64,000 nucleotides of DNA from Euglena gracilis (taxonomy: Eukaryota), in assembly GCA_039621445.1 (NCBI GenBank), contig CP154954.1, positions 10,621,521 to 10,685,520 of the forward strand, read 5' to 3'. This document shows positions 49,698-62,617 of the stretch, piece after piece (position 1 is the first letter of the stretch; every line of letters begins with the position of its first letter). The notes beneath the pieces were generated by a model. That model was not told the DNA's origin and did no database searches. It saw only the letters and a list, made by a program, of their open reading frames with translations. The translations under genes and the position numbers were made by a program.

Positions 49698-51026
49698 GTG
49701 TGTACAAGCACAGAAGCGGGCATTGATCATGTGTATATGTGGAGGTGCACAAGGCAAAGAGAAGCACGCAAAAGAACAAACATCGTCAGTGTAGAGCTAC
49801 ATGGTTCGTATTTGAAGCTACACAAATATGTGCCCCCGTCCCAAACTGGGTTGCTGCTGTACCAAAAAAAAAATTGAAGAATTGCACCTTTCCAAACAAA
49901 GTTCTGACCAAGTTGTCAAAATTTTTGCCCCCTGTCTTTGCAAATCTTGCCCCAGTTGAATAAAACTTAGGCAACAGCATGTTTCACTTCTTGAATTTCA
50001 CATTGCAAAATTCAGAATGGCGGTGGGTCAAAAAACCAAGCCCGCTCAAAAAATCCATTCCCAAACTGTTTTTGGAAATTAATGATGACGGCAAGGCACC
50101 ATATATAATCACACATCTCTTGCAACTCTTGCCAGACACTTTCTTCTGACTTCGTTTTTGTTCATTTCTCATTGCTTAATGTCATCCTTCATGAGATCCA
50201 TGAGATTAACTTCGGCAACTGCTACTTGAAGGGCTACAAATTTTTTTTAACGGAAATGGGAAATAATAATGGGAAATGGGCCGAAAATTATGAATTTAAT
50301 TTCAAAAATGAAATTTCATTTAACTTACACTGGAAGAATTTTGCTTCAAATCCGTTTCTAAGGCACATGGACTTTGGGCGGAGTCTGTGTTTAAGACACA
50401 CGGCTTCGGGCATGACAGAGTCTACGGCACAGGACACAGACTCTGTCCTTTGAATGCTGAGTTTGCCGGAGCCTCCCAAAAAATCGTGCAAAAAGCTAAA
50501 AAATGATACTGAAGTGGAAATCTGCAAAAAGCAATAACCTTGGATTTGTCGCACTCACTGTTGACAGCAAACTGAATTCGAGAAATACGTTTTGTGTTTC
50601 GTGATCTGAAACTGCTTTTTCACCGAAAAAGCGGTTTCAGATCATGACACACATTTGAAACCATGTTCAGAGTACACAATGTACAGCGTCAGGTGAAAAA
50701 CCGTGTTCAAGTCCACGTGATTCGCGCAAAAAATGGCAATTATGGTGAACACGTGTACAAAAATGGGGCAACACGTTTATTGGTAATAAACGTGTTCAGA
50801 TCAGGATGTTTGGCAGATAAACGTGTTCAGTCCACGTGTACAGTGTCAATAAGCGCAAAAGATTATTGTTGGGACCGAATGGCTGCCCTAAATTGTTTTA
50901 CAGAATACATCGGGGTATGCGCAGCCCATGGGGCACAGCACGCCAAGTTGGATGACTGTTTTTGTGGGTGGGCACGCTGGTGAATTGATGCTCGGGAGTT
51001 GTACTCAACTCCTCAGCAACGGCTGG

Positions 51027-53145
51027 CAAGGTTGACGGCTTGTTTTTTTTTTGAAACAAAAAAAGCATGTTTCTTTAATAAAAAAAACGTCATGGAGGGT
51101 TTGGGGTAAATTTTTTTGCAATGTTTTTTTGGAAAAAAGTTCATTTTTTATCTCTGCAGCATTCATTTTTTGTCTTTTTTTGGGGTTGAAACCGTGTATT
51201 GGGGCTCTGGCTTCACGCCCGAACCGGCGTTCTGGACGCCGGTTTGGCGCAGAAATTTCTGCGCCGAACCGGTGTCCAGGAAGCCGGATCGGCGCAGAAA
51301 TTTCTGCGCCGAACCGGTGTCCAGAACGCCGGTTCGGGCGGGAAAACGGCGTCCTGGGGACCGAAAATGAAAAGTGCCAAAAAGTGTCCAAAATGGTTTG
51401 TAGACATGAGGCAATCATATCTGAGCACTTTTTGGGGGGTATTTGGCCAGAAATTGGGGTATTTTGTGCAACAACAATTTCCATTTGGCCAAATCTGGGG
51501 ATTTTCTGAAATAGAATACCATGCAGCAGGCCTGAAATCTAAGGCCATCTAAAACCCTAGAGAAGGGTTATCGATCAAGGGGCAACATGGCAGGTGAACA
51601 GTGTATTTTGGAATTTGCGAAAAGGGTCCAAAAATCGTAATTCTGAAAAACCCAAGGGGTCCAGCTAAAATTTCCTAACCATAATTCTGAAAAACCCAGG
51701 GGAGGGTCCAACCAATTTTGAAAACACCCAGGGGGACCAAAATTTCCCAACTGTAATTAACATTTCCCAACAATTTTGAAAAATTCCCGGGGGGGGGGGT
51801 CCAGCCAAAATTTCCCAACCGTACTTCTGAAAAACCCTAGGGGGGGCTCCAGCCAAAAAAAAATTTTCAACCGTGTTTGTGAAGAAATCCAGCCAAAATT
51901 TCTGAACCGGAATTCTGAAAAAAAGGGGGATCAAATCCCAACCATAATTCTGGAAGAAAAAAAAACCAGCGGGGTCCAACCGAAAATTCGGCATTGCAAA
52001 TCTGAAAAAATCTGGGGGGGGTCCAGCCAAAATTTCACAACCGAGATTCTGAAAAAACCTAGGGGTGGTCCAACCAAAATTTTTTTCCAAATCGTAATTC
52101 TGAAAAAAAACCTTTCGATTGATGGGTAACCTGGCATCAGACAGATGAAAACTTCAATCGGCCGATCGACATGGCCATGAGCCCAAAGGATCCCAAAAAT
52201 GCCCAAAAATGTTCAGAAACTGGATATTTAGGGCGAAATTGGCCTTTATTCCTTGAACGCCGGTTTGGGCGTGAAGCCAGAGCCCCTAATCCACGGTTTC
52301 AACAACTGTGTCCAGAACGCCGGTTCGGGCGTGAAGCCGTGTTCCAGAACGCCGGTTCGGACTGCCGCCCGAACCGGCGTTCTGGAACACGGCTTCACGC
52401 CCGAACCGGCGTTCTGGACACAGTTTTCGTATCAGAAAGCGTGATTTTTTGCACCAGAAAACACAGATTTGGAAGCACTTTCACACATAAAAAAAACTTT
52501 AGAGGGGGTGTTCCCCCCTGTGACCCCCCCCCCGACCCGACCTGAGACCCTTTTCGGCCCATTTTTTTCTGAAAAATAACTTGGCTAGTGATGCCTAGTT
52601 TGACAAAATATTCAGGTAGATTAATAATTTTGAGGCATAAATTTTGCAAAATTTGGAGTGGTGATGCCAAATTTGGGGTCAAAATACCCCCCCTTATTGT
52701 CCCACCGACCTCCCCCCGGGAGGCCCGACCGGACAATATGGGGGGGGGGGGACAATATGGGGGTACCAAAGGAATTTCATTGGCCGAGCCAAAAAAACCC
52801 CCCGTCGGCCGGGGCCGAGGGACAATATGGGGGGGGGGACAATATGGGGGGGGGGTACTAATTTTAAGTTTGGGGATTCCTAATTTGGAGCCTAAAAAGG
52901 ATTTTCCCCAAAAAAAATTCGTTTTCGTTGATTCCTAATTTGGCCACCGAAAATGTGATGTTCCCCGTGACCCCCCCCCCCGTGACCCGAACCACCCCCG
53001 AAAAATTTTCCTCAAAAATGGCGATTTCGCAAGGAAAAAGGTCAATTTTTGCTTTTTCAAAAAAAACATGTTTTTTGTGTTTTTCCCCACAAAATCATGT
53101 TTTTTTGTTGTTTTTTTAAAAAAAACAAAAAAAACGTCAACCCTG
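51027..53145. mobile_element. 2.1-kb composite hAT-like insertion (CAAGGTTGACG...CGTCAACCCTG), perfect 8-bp TSD ACGGCTGG
   Basis: TSD at 51019-51026 and 53146-53153. Removing it restores colinearity with copy 1. Confidence 0.88.
52687..52856. mobile_element. Small MITE (CCCCATATTGTCCC...GGACAATATGGGG)
   Basis: Very similar copies at ~61392-61563 and ~62215-62386. Confidence 0.85.
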
Positions 53146-53522
53146 ACGGCTGGCATGCGTTGCTGTACGAACGGAGAGGGCTGGCACCAATTTTCGGGTG
53201 CATTCCATGCCAATCTCCACTTTCCGTACGTACCTGAACCCCCTTGTGTTTTTGCACAAGGTGTCAGATTGCAACAGTTCACCAATCGTGGCCTCCTCCG
53301 TCTCTCAGTTCTCCAAGTTCACAGCCTTCTTTGCCCCTCTGGCAGCGAAGGCTTTGGATGAGAAGCTGCTAGATGGAAGGGGCATCCATCCAACAACGTT
53401 CTCACCAAGGAGGAATTGATTACGGTGGTGGCCGCGGTACAGGAGAAAAGCATTTTGGATGTCCAACGACGCACTGTGCCTTGGTTTTACCATTGCGTTT
53501 CGTGTATCTCATCCAACGGCAC

Positions 53523-53989
53523 CAGGGTTGGATGGGAAGCCTTGAGGGGGGGGGGGTCGGACCCCCCCCCCCGACACGGAGGGGGGGTCGGACCCCCCCC
53601 CTCCTACCTCGAAACTGAGGGGGGGCCGAAAAATTTCGATTCCATGGACGGGCAAAGGGCCGGAAATCGGGTCGAAATTGGTTAAAAAAACCCAAATCCA
53701 AAAATGCTCATTTTTTGAAATTTTTTGAATATTTTTTGGGGGGAAAACGCCAACACATCAAAAAATGGGCATTATGTCCAAAAGTGAGCAAAAGGGGTGT
53801 TTTTTGCTCATTTTCCTGCGCACAGCGCCGGAAGAAAATTTTCTGCAATTTTTGGCACCTGGGGTGGGGGTCCGGACTCCCCCTCCCAACATCTGGGGGG
53901 GGGGGTCCAGACCCCCCCCCCCCCCCACCTTACCCCCCTAGTGGGGGGGGGGGGGGTTGGGACCCCCCTACCACCTACCTCAATAGCTG
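53523..53989. mobile_element. CAG...CTG insertion with perfect 8-bp TSD AACGGCAC
   Basis: TSD at 53515-53522 and 53990-53997; related sequence at ~24360-24790. Confidence 0.85.
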
Positions 53990-55292
53990 AACGGCACTTA
54001 TCATTTTGTGTGCGCTGACCTCCGCCGGGCTCCCAAACGTCCCTGGAGATGCCTGGGATGTTTGTGATGCGGTGTGTCCGTAGTGTGTCCTGGCCGTCGA
54101 GCCACGAGGTGTTTGCAATATGTTTGCATATATCCTCCCCTATTCCTCCCCCACTGTCGTTGGCGACCCTTGGAGACACTCAACAATCATCTGGTATGAT
54201 GATCTTTCTGTCCGGTTCCCTTTGGGTAGTGAACACAGTTTTTTTGGCAGATAAATGTGTTCAGTCCACGTGTGCAATGTCAATAAATGCGTTCAGATCA
54301 CGATTTTTTTGTGCAGGAAACCGTGTTCAGTCCACGTTTACAGTGTCAATAAACGTGTTCAGATCACGATTTTTTGTGCAATAAAACGTGTTCAGTCCAC
54401 GTGTGCAGTGTCAACAAACGTGTTCAGTCCACGTTTATCGTCGCTGCACACGTGGACTAAACACAGTTTTTCACGACGCTGTACATCGTGGACTGAACAC
54501 AATTTCAAACGCCCTTTTGCATAGCTCCAAAGGTTTGAAAAACTGCTCAAAGAAGGTTCGCAATGAGATCCAAAATGGACAGAGCTGGGTTCAAGAGTTG
54601 TGACCATTTTTGGTAAATTTTCGGGCAGTTTTTCAATCATTTCAGGCCGTTTTTTGAGATAGTCGACCATTTTTGGATATCTTACAGTTTGGACTATTTT
54701 GGGTTATGGTTGGGCCATTCTTCGAACAATTTTTTCAAACCATGTCAGTCCATTTCGGGTCATTTTTGTCATTCGCCACAACTCATTTTTTTCAATTTGT
54801 ACAGGTTTGATGATTCAAAACACAGTTCTCACAACATTAAAAGAAGAATTTTGTTCCGAAACACAAATTATCAGGGTGTCTAGAGGAGGATGTTTGAGGG
54901 TGGCAAAAAAATAACTTGTGCGGACACCTAAATTCTGGCGCTTAAATTTCCATCTCGCTTCTCGGCCACTCACTACCTCGTTGTGGGCACCACAGTGGTG
55001 AAATGCAATGAACATTTTCTTGTTTCATCCGTTGGCAAGACACCAACTCCGTTCTGAGTCCATGTGCCTTACAAGCTTTTAAAATTTGTGTCTCAGGGTG
55101 AAGTGTTTGCTACAAAAAACTTTAAGCAAGTGGTTTTTTATTTCCAAAAACTTGCCCCCCCCCCCCAGCTCACCCCTTTGACTCCTAAAAAAATGGGAAA
55201 TTTTCTACAACTGATTGTGATCAACAAAATTATCAAATTGGCATTCAACGTGTTTCCCAAAAAAATGCCCCACCACCAAAATGTTTCCAGAC

Positions 55293-55626
55293 CATTGTTG
55301 GGGCGACGGCAGTACAGCTGGGGTTTTTTTGGGGACCCCCCCTCCCCCCCCCCTGAACAGTTGGGATTTTCGGGACCCCCCCCCTGGTGCTGCCCCCCCC
55401 CCGAGACAGATGAAAATTTTGGCACCAAAAATGGCCTTTTTAGACCAAAAAAAGGCCTTAAAATTTTTTTCCGGCGCCTTCGTGGTTTTTGGCCGATTTT
55501 TGAGGGGGGGTTGGCAGTACAGTTGGGACCCCAGGACCCCGCCACCGGTGTTGAGACAGTACAGCAAAAAAGGTGCCAAAAATGCAAAAAAAACCTGACT
55601 CGGGACCCCCCCCTGCCAACGCTCCG
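55293..55626. mobile_element. Dispersed repeat with GGCAGTACAG motifs
   Basis: Copies at ~58918-59260 (nested) and ~62641-62810. Confidence 0.75.
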
Positions 55627-56504
55627 TTGTACTTGCTTGGGGTGGTTCGGGTCACGGGGGTCACGGGGGGGGGGGGGTCACGTGGTGGGGGGATCACGGG
55701 GGGAACACCGCATTTTTGGTGGCCAAATTAGGAATCACCGAGCACAATTTTTTTGGGAAAAATCCATAAATTAGGAATCCCAACACCTAAAATTGGGATT
55801 TTGACACCAAATTAAAAATCACCAACCCCAAATTTGAAAAATTCATGCTTCAAAATTAGGAATCTACCTGAAAATATCATGAAATTAGGCATCACTGGCC
55901 AAATTTCTTCCTGTAAAAATTTGGCTGAAAAGGGTCGTAGGTCGGGTCACGGGGGGTCACGGGGGGGGGGTCATGGGGGGGTAACGGGGAGACACCCCCC
56001 TTTGAAGGGAAAACCTTTGGGAGGGGACATGGTCGTTCAGAGCCATTCCCGCCCCCCGGAGCTTTACGGCCTGGTGGGAACAGGGGGGGTGAAAATCCAA
56101 CGCCCCACAAAAATTGACAAACAGTGGCGTTTTTGACGACGTTTGTTCACATGCAAATTGCCAAAAAGCTTTTCGGCATTTTGTTGCCGGTTATTCGTCC
56201 CGGTTTTTCTGGGGGGGTTATAAGTCAAGGTTGGTGGTTCTGGGGGGGGTCACAATGTGGGGACAGCTCACTATCATAGCACTTTTTTTGAAAGAACTTC
56301 CCCACACTGTTCCCATTGGGCCGCAAAGGGTCCCCGGGGAAAATAGGTCGGGGTGAACATCTTGGAGGGGGGGGGCATGGTATACCTCAAAATGGCCACC
56401 CGTGGAATCCCAAAAACGGCCACTCTGAAGGGGGGACATTTGGGGGGGGGTCAAATTCGGCTTCGGCGCCAAAAGAAAGTGGCCACTTTGAGGAGGGTAC
56501 CCTC

Positions 56505-56868
56505 ACCCCCCCCCTATTTGGCTAATGGCCGGGCTCCTTCAGACCCCCAATTAGCCAATTAGGGGGGGGGGACAATTAGGGGGGGGGCTCGAGGACCCCG
56601 ACCCCATATTTTTTGACGTGTGCAAAATTGGTCGATTTTTTGTGCATTTTTGGATTGGTCATGACTTTTTCGTATCCGGCAATTTTTAACATTTTCAAAA
56701 CGGACGTTTTTGGAGGTTTTCTGAGCCCTTGCCGAAATTGGCCAAAGTAGGCCAAGGGAACGTCCATTGGCCAATTGGGCTAACCCCCCCCCCCTAATTG
56801 GCTAATGGACCTCCCTTAAGGACCCCCCAATTAGCCAATTAGGGGGGGGGGCAATTAGGGGGGGGTGA
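56505..56868. mobile_element. MITE-like element built from CCCCTAATTGGCTAAT/ATTAGCCAATTAGGGG inverted motifs
   Basis: Duplicated hairpin blocks at both ends. Confidence 0.65.
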
Positions 56869-56876
56869 GGAGCCCA

Positions 56877-59800
56877 TAGGTTAGGGGACGATCCCTAGTA
56901 TCTCTGGAGCCTTTAGTTTACCCGCAACTCCGCGCCAGTCCGGAGATATGGCCCGAGCAAAAAAGTTGTCTACCGTTTTTTTTCCGGGAAAATTGCAGGG
57001 TCATTCGACAATTTCAAAATATCTCGAAAACGCTGTGGAGTTGAGAAAAAGTAAAGAGTACCTCATCCCACAACTTTGGGACGCCCGATCGATCGGTATG
57101 CGCGGTTTGGGCCAACTCCTCGCCTAGCCCGAGATACGGCCGTTTTGTGGTTTTGGGCCAGTTTTGGCCAGTTTTGGCCGTTTCGGGCCCATTTGGGGCC
57201 CGAAACCGTAATTTGCCCGTATCTCGGGCTAGACGAGGAGTTGGAACCCAAACCAGGGGGTCAATCATTAGGTTTAGAGGGGGGTTTTGACCGTTTTTGG
57301 GGGTTCCCGGGGTCTGGTTGTGCGATTTTGGGCCATTTTTGGATGTTCGGGGACCCCTGCAGGGGTTCGAGGGCTGCCGGGCTGGGGTCAAAAAATCGAA
57401 AAATTCAAAATATCTCGAAAACACTGTGGAGTTGAGGAAAAGTAAAGAGGACGTCCCTCCACAACTTTTGGACGCCCTATCGATCGGTATGCGCGGTTTG
57501 GGCCAACTCCTCGCCTAGCCCGAGAGTTTTGGGGTTTTGGGCCAGTTTTGGCCATTTCGGGCCTGTTTGGGCCCGAAACCGTATATTGGCCGTATCTCGG
57601 GCTAGACGGGGAGTTGGGACCCAAACCAGGGGTCAATCATTAGGTTCAGGGGGGGAGTTTGACCGTTTTTTTGGGGTTCCCGGGGTCTGGTTGTGCGATT
57701 TTGGGCCAGTTTTGGGTATTCGGGGACCCAGCGGGCGGCGTGAGGGCGGCTGGGCGACGGGGGGTCGGGTGGCAGGTCGGGACCCAAAATTTTGAAAAAA
57801 AATTTTCGCTCAAAAATACTTTCTTTCACTTCAGAACATCGAAAAAAGTGTTTTTGAGCGAAAAAAAAAATTTCCGACCCGGACCCCCCCCCCAGGCCCC
57901 CCCAGGTCCACCTGTCCCACTAGCCGGTGGACTTGGCCAATTTTGGGTCAAAAAGTCAAACAAATTCAAAAAAAAATTGCCCAAAACCATGTTTTTTGAC
58001 CTCCCGGACGCGAAAAAAGTGTTTTCGAGCCAAAAATGAACGTTTTTCGACCCGCCAGCGCCCCGTTTTGGGCCGCCAACCCATTGACTTTGGGTCAAAA
58101 CCGGGCGGGCCGGGCCGGGCCGCCGGCCGGGCCGGGCCGTGCCGGGCCGCCGGCCGGGCCGGGCCGGGCCGCCGGGCCGCCGAGCCGGGCCGGGCCGGGT
58201 CGCCGAGCCGGGTCGCTGAGCCGGGGTGGTCTTCCAAAGAGCTCAGCTCTCGTCACACCCTGGGTCGCTGAGCTCTTATCTCTTTAGAGTAAGAGCGAAG
58301 CTTACCACCCCCCCCCCCAAACCCCCCTGACCCCCCCCGCCCCCCCCCCTGAGTAGGCTCGGGCCTCCGCGGATTATCGATGTGACCTGATTTCCGGACC
58401 CGAAAAGTTAATAGCCTATAGGTTAGGAGAGGGTCCCTAGGTTGTCCAGAGCCCTCACTTTGCCCGCAACTCCACGCTAGGCCGGAGATATGGCCGGAGC
58501 AAAAAAGTTGTCTACCGTTTTTTTTTTCAAAGAAAGTTTGTTGGACCGGCAACAGGGGGTCATTTTTGGGGTCAAAAAATCGAAAAATTCAAAATATCTC
58601 GAAAACACTGGGGAGTTGAGAAAAAGTAAAGAGTACCTCATTCCACAACTTTGGGACGCCCCATCCACCGGTGTTCGCAGTTTGGGCCAACTCCGCGCCT
58701 GGGCCGAGATATGGCCGTTTTTCGGTCCAAATGGCCGTTTTGTACACTTTTCCCACTGTCCGACTTAGCCGTTTTCGGGCCAAAAAGTCAAAAAAAAATC
58801 GAAAAAAAATTTTCGCCCAAAACCATGTTTTTTGGCCACCCGGACCCGGAAAAAGTGTTTTTGAGCTGAAAATGAGCGTTTTTCGACCCGCCAGGGCCCC
58901 TTTTTGGTTCGCCACCCCATTGGGGCGACGGCAGTACAGTTGGGGTTTTTTGGGGACCCCCCCCTCCCCCCCCCCCCTGTACAGTTGGGATTTTTGGGAC
59001 CCCCCCCCTGGTGCCGAACGGTCCGAGACAGATGAAAATTTGACACCAAAAATGGCCTTTTTGGACCAAAAAAAGGCCCTAAAAAATTTTTCCGGCGCCT
59101 TCGGCGCCGGTTTTTGGCCAACTTTTGAGGGGGGGGGTTGGCAGTACAGTTGGGACCCCAGGACCCCCCCCCCTGTGTTGAGACAGTACAGCAAAAAGTG
59201 CCAAAAAATGCAAAAAAAACTGACCTCGGGACCCCCCCTCCCCCCCCCCTGCCAAAGCTCCATTGATTTTGGGTCAAAACCGTGTCAAAAAAGTCGAAAA
59301 AAAGCGAAAGTTTTTTTGGCCCAAAACGATGTTTTATGGTCTCCCGGACCCAGAAAACATGTTTTTGAGCCTAAAATGAGCGTTTTTCGCGGGCCGGGCC
59401 GGAGTGGTCCCCCAAAGAGCTCAGCTCTACGTCACACCCTGGTCGCTGAGCTCTTATCTCTTTAGAGTAAGAGCGAAGCTTACCACCCCGGCGACGGGCC
59501 CCCCCCCCCCCCCCGCCCCCCCCCACACCCCCCCCCCCCCTGGGTAGGTCCGGAAACCCCGGGATTATCGATGTGACTGGATTTCGTGGCCCCCAAAGTG
59601 AATAGCCTGTGGTATGCGCGGTTTGGGCCAACTCCTCGCCTAGCCCGAGATACGGCCGTTTTGGGGGTTTTGGTCCGTTTTGCCAGTTTTGGCCATTTCG
59701 GGGCCCGAAACCGTAAATTGGCCGTATCTCGGGCTAGACGGGGAGTTGGGACCCAAACCAGGGGGTCAATCAATTAGGTTCAGGGGGGGGGTTGACCGTT

Positions 59801-60451
59801 TTTTGGGGTTCCCGGGGTCTGGTTGTGCGATTTTGGGCCAGTTTTGGGTAATAGGGGACCCCTGCAGGGGTTCAAGGGCGGTTGGGCGGGGGGGGTCGGG
59901 TGGCAGGTCGGGACCCAAAATTTTGAAAAAAATTTTCGCTCAAAAACACTTTTTTCACTTTAGAACATCAAAAAAAGTGTTTTTGGGCGAAAAAAATTTT
60001 CCGACCTGAACCCCCCCCCTGCCCCCCCTGTCTGGGGCCCGCCCCCCTGGCCGGTGGACTTAGCCATTTTTGGGTCAAAAAGTCAAAAAAATTCAATTTT
60101 TTTTCAACCAAAACCATGTTTTTTGACCTCCCGGACCTTGAAAAAGTGGTTTCGAGCCAAAAAAATGAGCGTTTTTCGACCCTCCAGTGCCCCGTTTTGG
60201 GCCACCAACCCATTGACTTTGGGTCAAAACCGGCCAAAAAAGTCGAAAAAAATCGAAAAAAAATTTTGCCCAGAACAATGTTTTTTGGCCTCCAGGACCC
60301 GTAAAACCTGTTTTTGAGCCGAAAATGAGCGGTTTTCGACCCGCCAGCCGGGCCGGGCCGCCGGGCCGCAGGGCCGTGCCGCCGGGCCGCGCCGGGCGCC
60401 GGGCCGGGCTGGGGTGGTGTCCCAAAGAGCTCAGCTCTACGTCACACCCTG
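56877..60451. mobile_element. Three head-to-tail Helentron/HINE-like units
   Basis: Junctions at 58262/58263 and 59441/59442 read GTCACACCCTG|(G)GTCGCTGAGCTCTT. Confidence 0.75.
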
Positions 60452-61963
60452 GTGAGGGTAATCCACATTTGCCAAAAAAAATTGGTCACCTTGGGTGGAG
60501 GCACTTTGAGGGGGGTGAGGGTAAGTTGGGGGGGGGGGGTTAGATGGTGCTGGCTCAGGGAAAAAGGCTTGGAAAAAAAATGGTTTTTTATCCCACGACA
60601 TTGACCAGGAAAAGGGAGATTCCTTCGGTTGGCTTGGCGCTTTTTTCATGGTTTTCCATGGCCTGCTCAATGTTGTATGCTAGAGGTGGGGCAGGCATGC
60701 AGGCACACCGGGCCCGCTTGAGGCACCAGCTCCCATTGTAGCACCTCAAATGTGTCGGCAGTGGAAGTGCAAAAAAGGATGTGGGGCCGCCATACTGAAC
60801 TTAAAAAGTCTGTGTGTGGAATTATAAACACTTTAAACAAGGTCAGTTTACAACGTTTTTGAAGGTTGCAAAAATAACTGCTCACTGTCTGCCATCAGTC
60901 TCAAAATGACTTGCCACCCGTCTCAAAATCCTTTCCATTGTCTCAAAACGTAACTGCAATTTTCTCAAAAGCAATTGCCACTTGTCTCACAATGAAATGC
61001 CAGATCCGATAAAGAAACACACCATCCCGGTTGGAGGGAACACTTGCTGGCTACAGAAAAGTTCAAAATGCTGTTTGAAGTCCCGCCAAATTACCTGTAC
61101 AATTTGAAAGATCAGAGGTGATCTACCAAAGTGGAGGGAGTGCAGCAGCAACACTAGTCACACATGCATTTGTAACGTTAACGGCTTGCATTGTTTCTGC
61201 AGTACATAAATTTAACTTGCTTTCCAAATTGGAACAGCGCAACTCGGGAACCTTGTCCAACACGACAGTTTCCCGTGACAGGGTTGTTCAATTTGTGAAA
61301 ACTGCTCTGAAAGAAAGATAAAATCCGTGAAACCTTTCCTTTCATTTTCGGTACATGAAAGTTAGGAAACACCTTGAGCACGTGAGTCCTACCCCCCCCC
61401 CCATATTGTCCCACCGACCTCTCCCCAGGAGGCCCGACGGGACAATATGGGGGGGGGACAATATGGGGGTACCAAAGGAAATTTCATTGGCCGAGCCAAA
61501 AAAACCCCTCGTCGGCCGGGCCGAGGGACAATATGGGGGGGGACAATACGGGGGGGGGGGGGGGACATTCGAGTCTCGGTAGGACTTTCCTCCAGGCGTA
61601 GGCCACCTCCCTGCGTTTTTCCAAAGCGCCCATAGGTAGCATTGCGAATTTCGCGTAATTTAAGATTTATAAATTACATTATGGTAACTTACTGAAATTT
61701 ATGAAATTTATGAAATTTATGAATTTATTTTGTTTGAACAATTCACCTTAGCCCCCTCCCCCAACCTCAAAAACCATATACCCTCACCCCCCCCCAAAGT
61801 GGCCAGGGTGCCGTGGGACCCTGAAATGGCCACCCTCGGGGGGGGGGGGGGCACGGACACTTTGGGGGGTGACAAGGGAGAAGGCACTGGCCACTTTGTT
61901 TGGGGGGGACAAATTCTGTCGTCCAAAGGTCCTTTATCTATTCAGACGCTTTTGATAGGCATC

Positions 61964-62041
61964 GTACATGTAGCTCAGTTGGTACTGCTGCGCTCGTTGA
62001 GTAAGCGAGCGGTCGTGGGTTCGAACCCCACCGTGTGTGCA
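61964..62041 (+). pseudogene. tRNA-like sequence (pseudo-tRNA or SINE head)
   Basis: A box TAGCTCAGTTGG, B box GGTTCGAACCC, T arm intact, aberrant anticodon arm, T5 downstream. Confidence 0.7.
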
Positions 62042-62110
62042 CTTTTTAACCATATTTGTAGGAGAAAAATCTTTTAATATTATACATTAGGCAAAAATAT
62101 GAGGAAAAGG

Positions 62111-62183
62111 TGCACACAGCAGGGTTCGAACCCGCGACCTCCCTGTCATGAAGCAAGCACTGTACCAACTGAGCTATGTGAGC
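62111..62183 (-). pseudogene. tRNA-like sequence, nominal anticodon CAT
   Basis: A and B boxes, acceptor and T stems present; anticodon stem pairs poorly; T4 downstream. Confidence 0.7.
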
Positions 62184-62546
62184 GATGCATACATTCTCAG
62201 AATCATCACTACCACCCCCCCCCCCCATATTGTCCCACCGACCTCTCCCCCGGAGGCCCGAAGGGACAATATGGGGGGGGGACAATATGGGGGTACCAAA
62301 GGAAATTTCATTGACCGAGCCAAAAAAACCCCTCGTCGGCCGGGCCGAGGGACAATATGGGGGGGGGGACAATATGGGGGGGGGGGTAAAGGGTGTCAGC
62401 CATATTTTATGGAATTTGGATTTTGTGGAAGCCATCAACTCCAGCCAGTGGGGGGGGGGGGTGAAAAAAATGAAATAGGGGTGGGTGGTTAAAAAACAAA
62501 ACCAAAATAGGGGGGGCGATTTTTACCACAAAAGTGGAACCAAAAA

Positions 62547-62617
62547 AGACGAGGTGGGAATCGAACCCACGACCACACGGTTGACAGACAAACGCTGTAC
62601 CACTATGCCACTCGCCT
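62547..62617 (-). pseudogene. tRNA-like sequence, nominal anticodon GTC
   Basis: AGGCGAG/CTCGTCT acceptor stem, GTGGG TTCGATT CCCAC T arm, poor anticodon stem, T-run terminator. Confidence 0.65.

Larger units (their letters stand above)
50593..54509 (+). mobile_element. Second, interrupted copy of the tyrosine-recombinase-like TIR element
   Basis: Left hairpin 50593-50653, same termini. ORF remnants at 50851-51026, 53146-53522 and 53990-54180 are homologous to 4319-5100, with a stop and frameshifts. Confidence 0.8.

Noticed and set aside
62111-62617. Functional tRNA-Met and tRNA-Asp genes
   Set aside because: Anticodon and D stems are mismatched; kept only as tRNA-like sequences.
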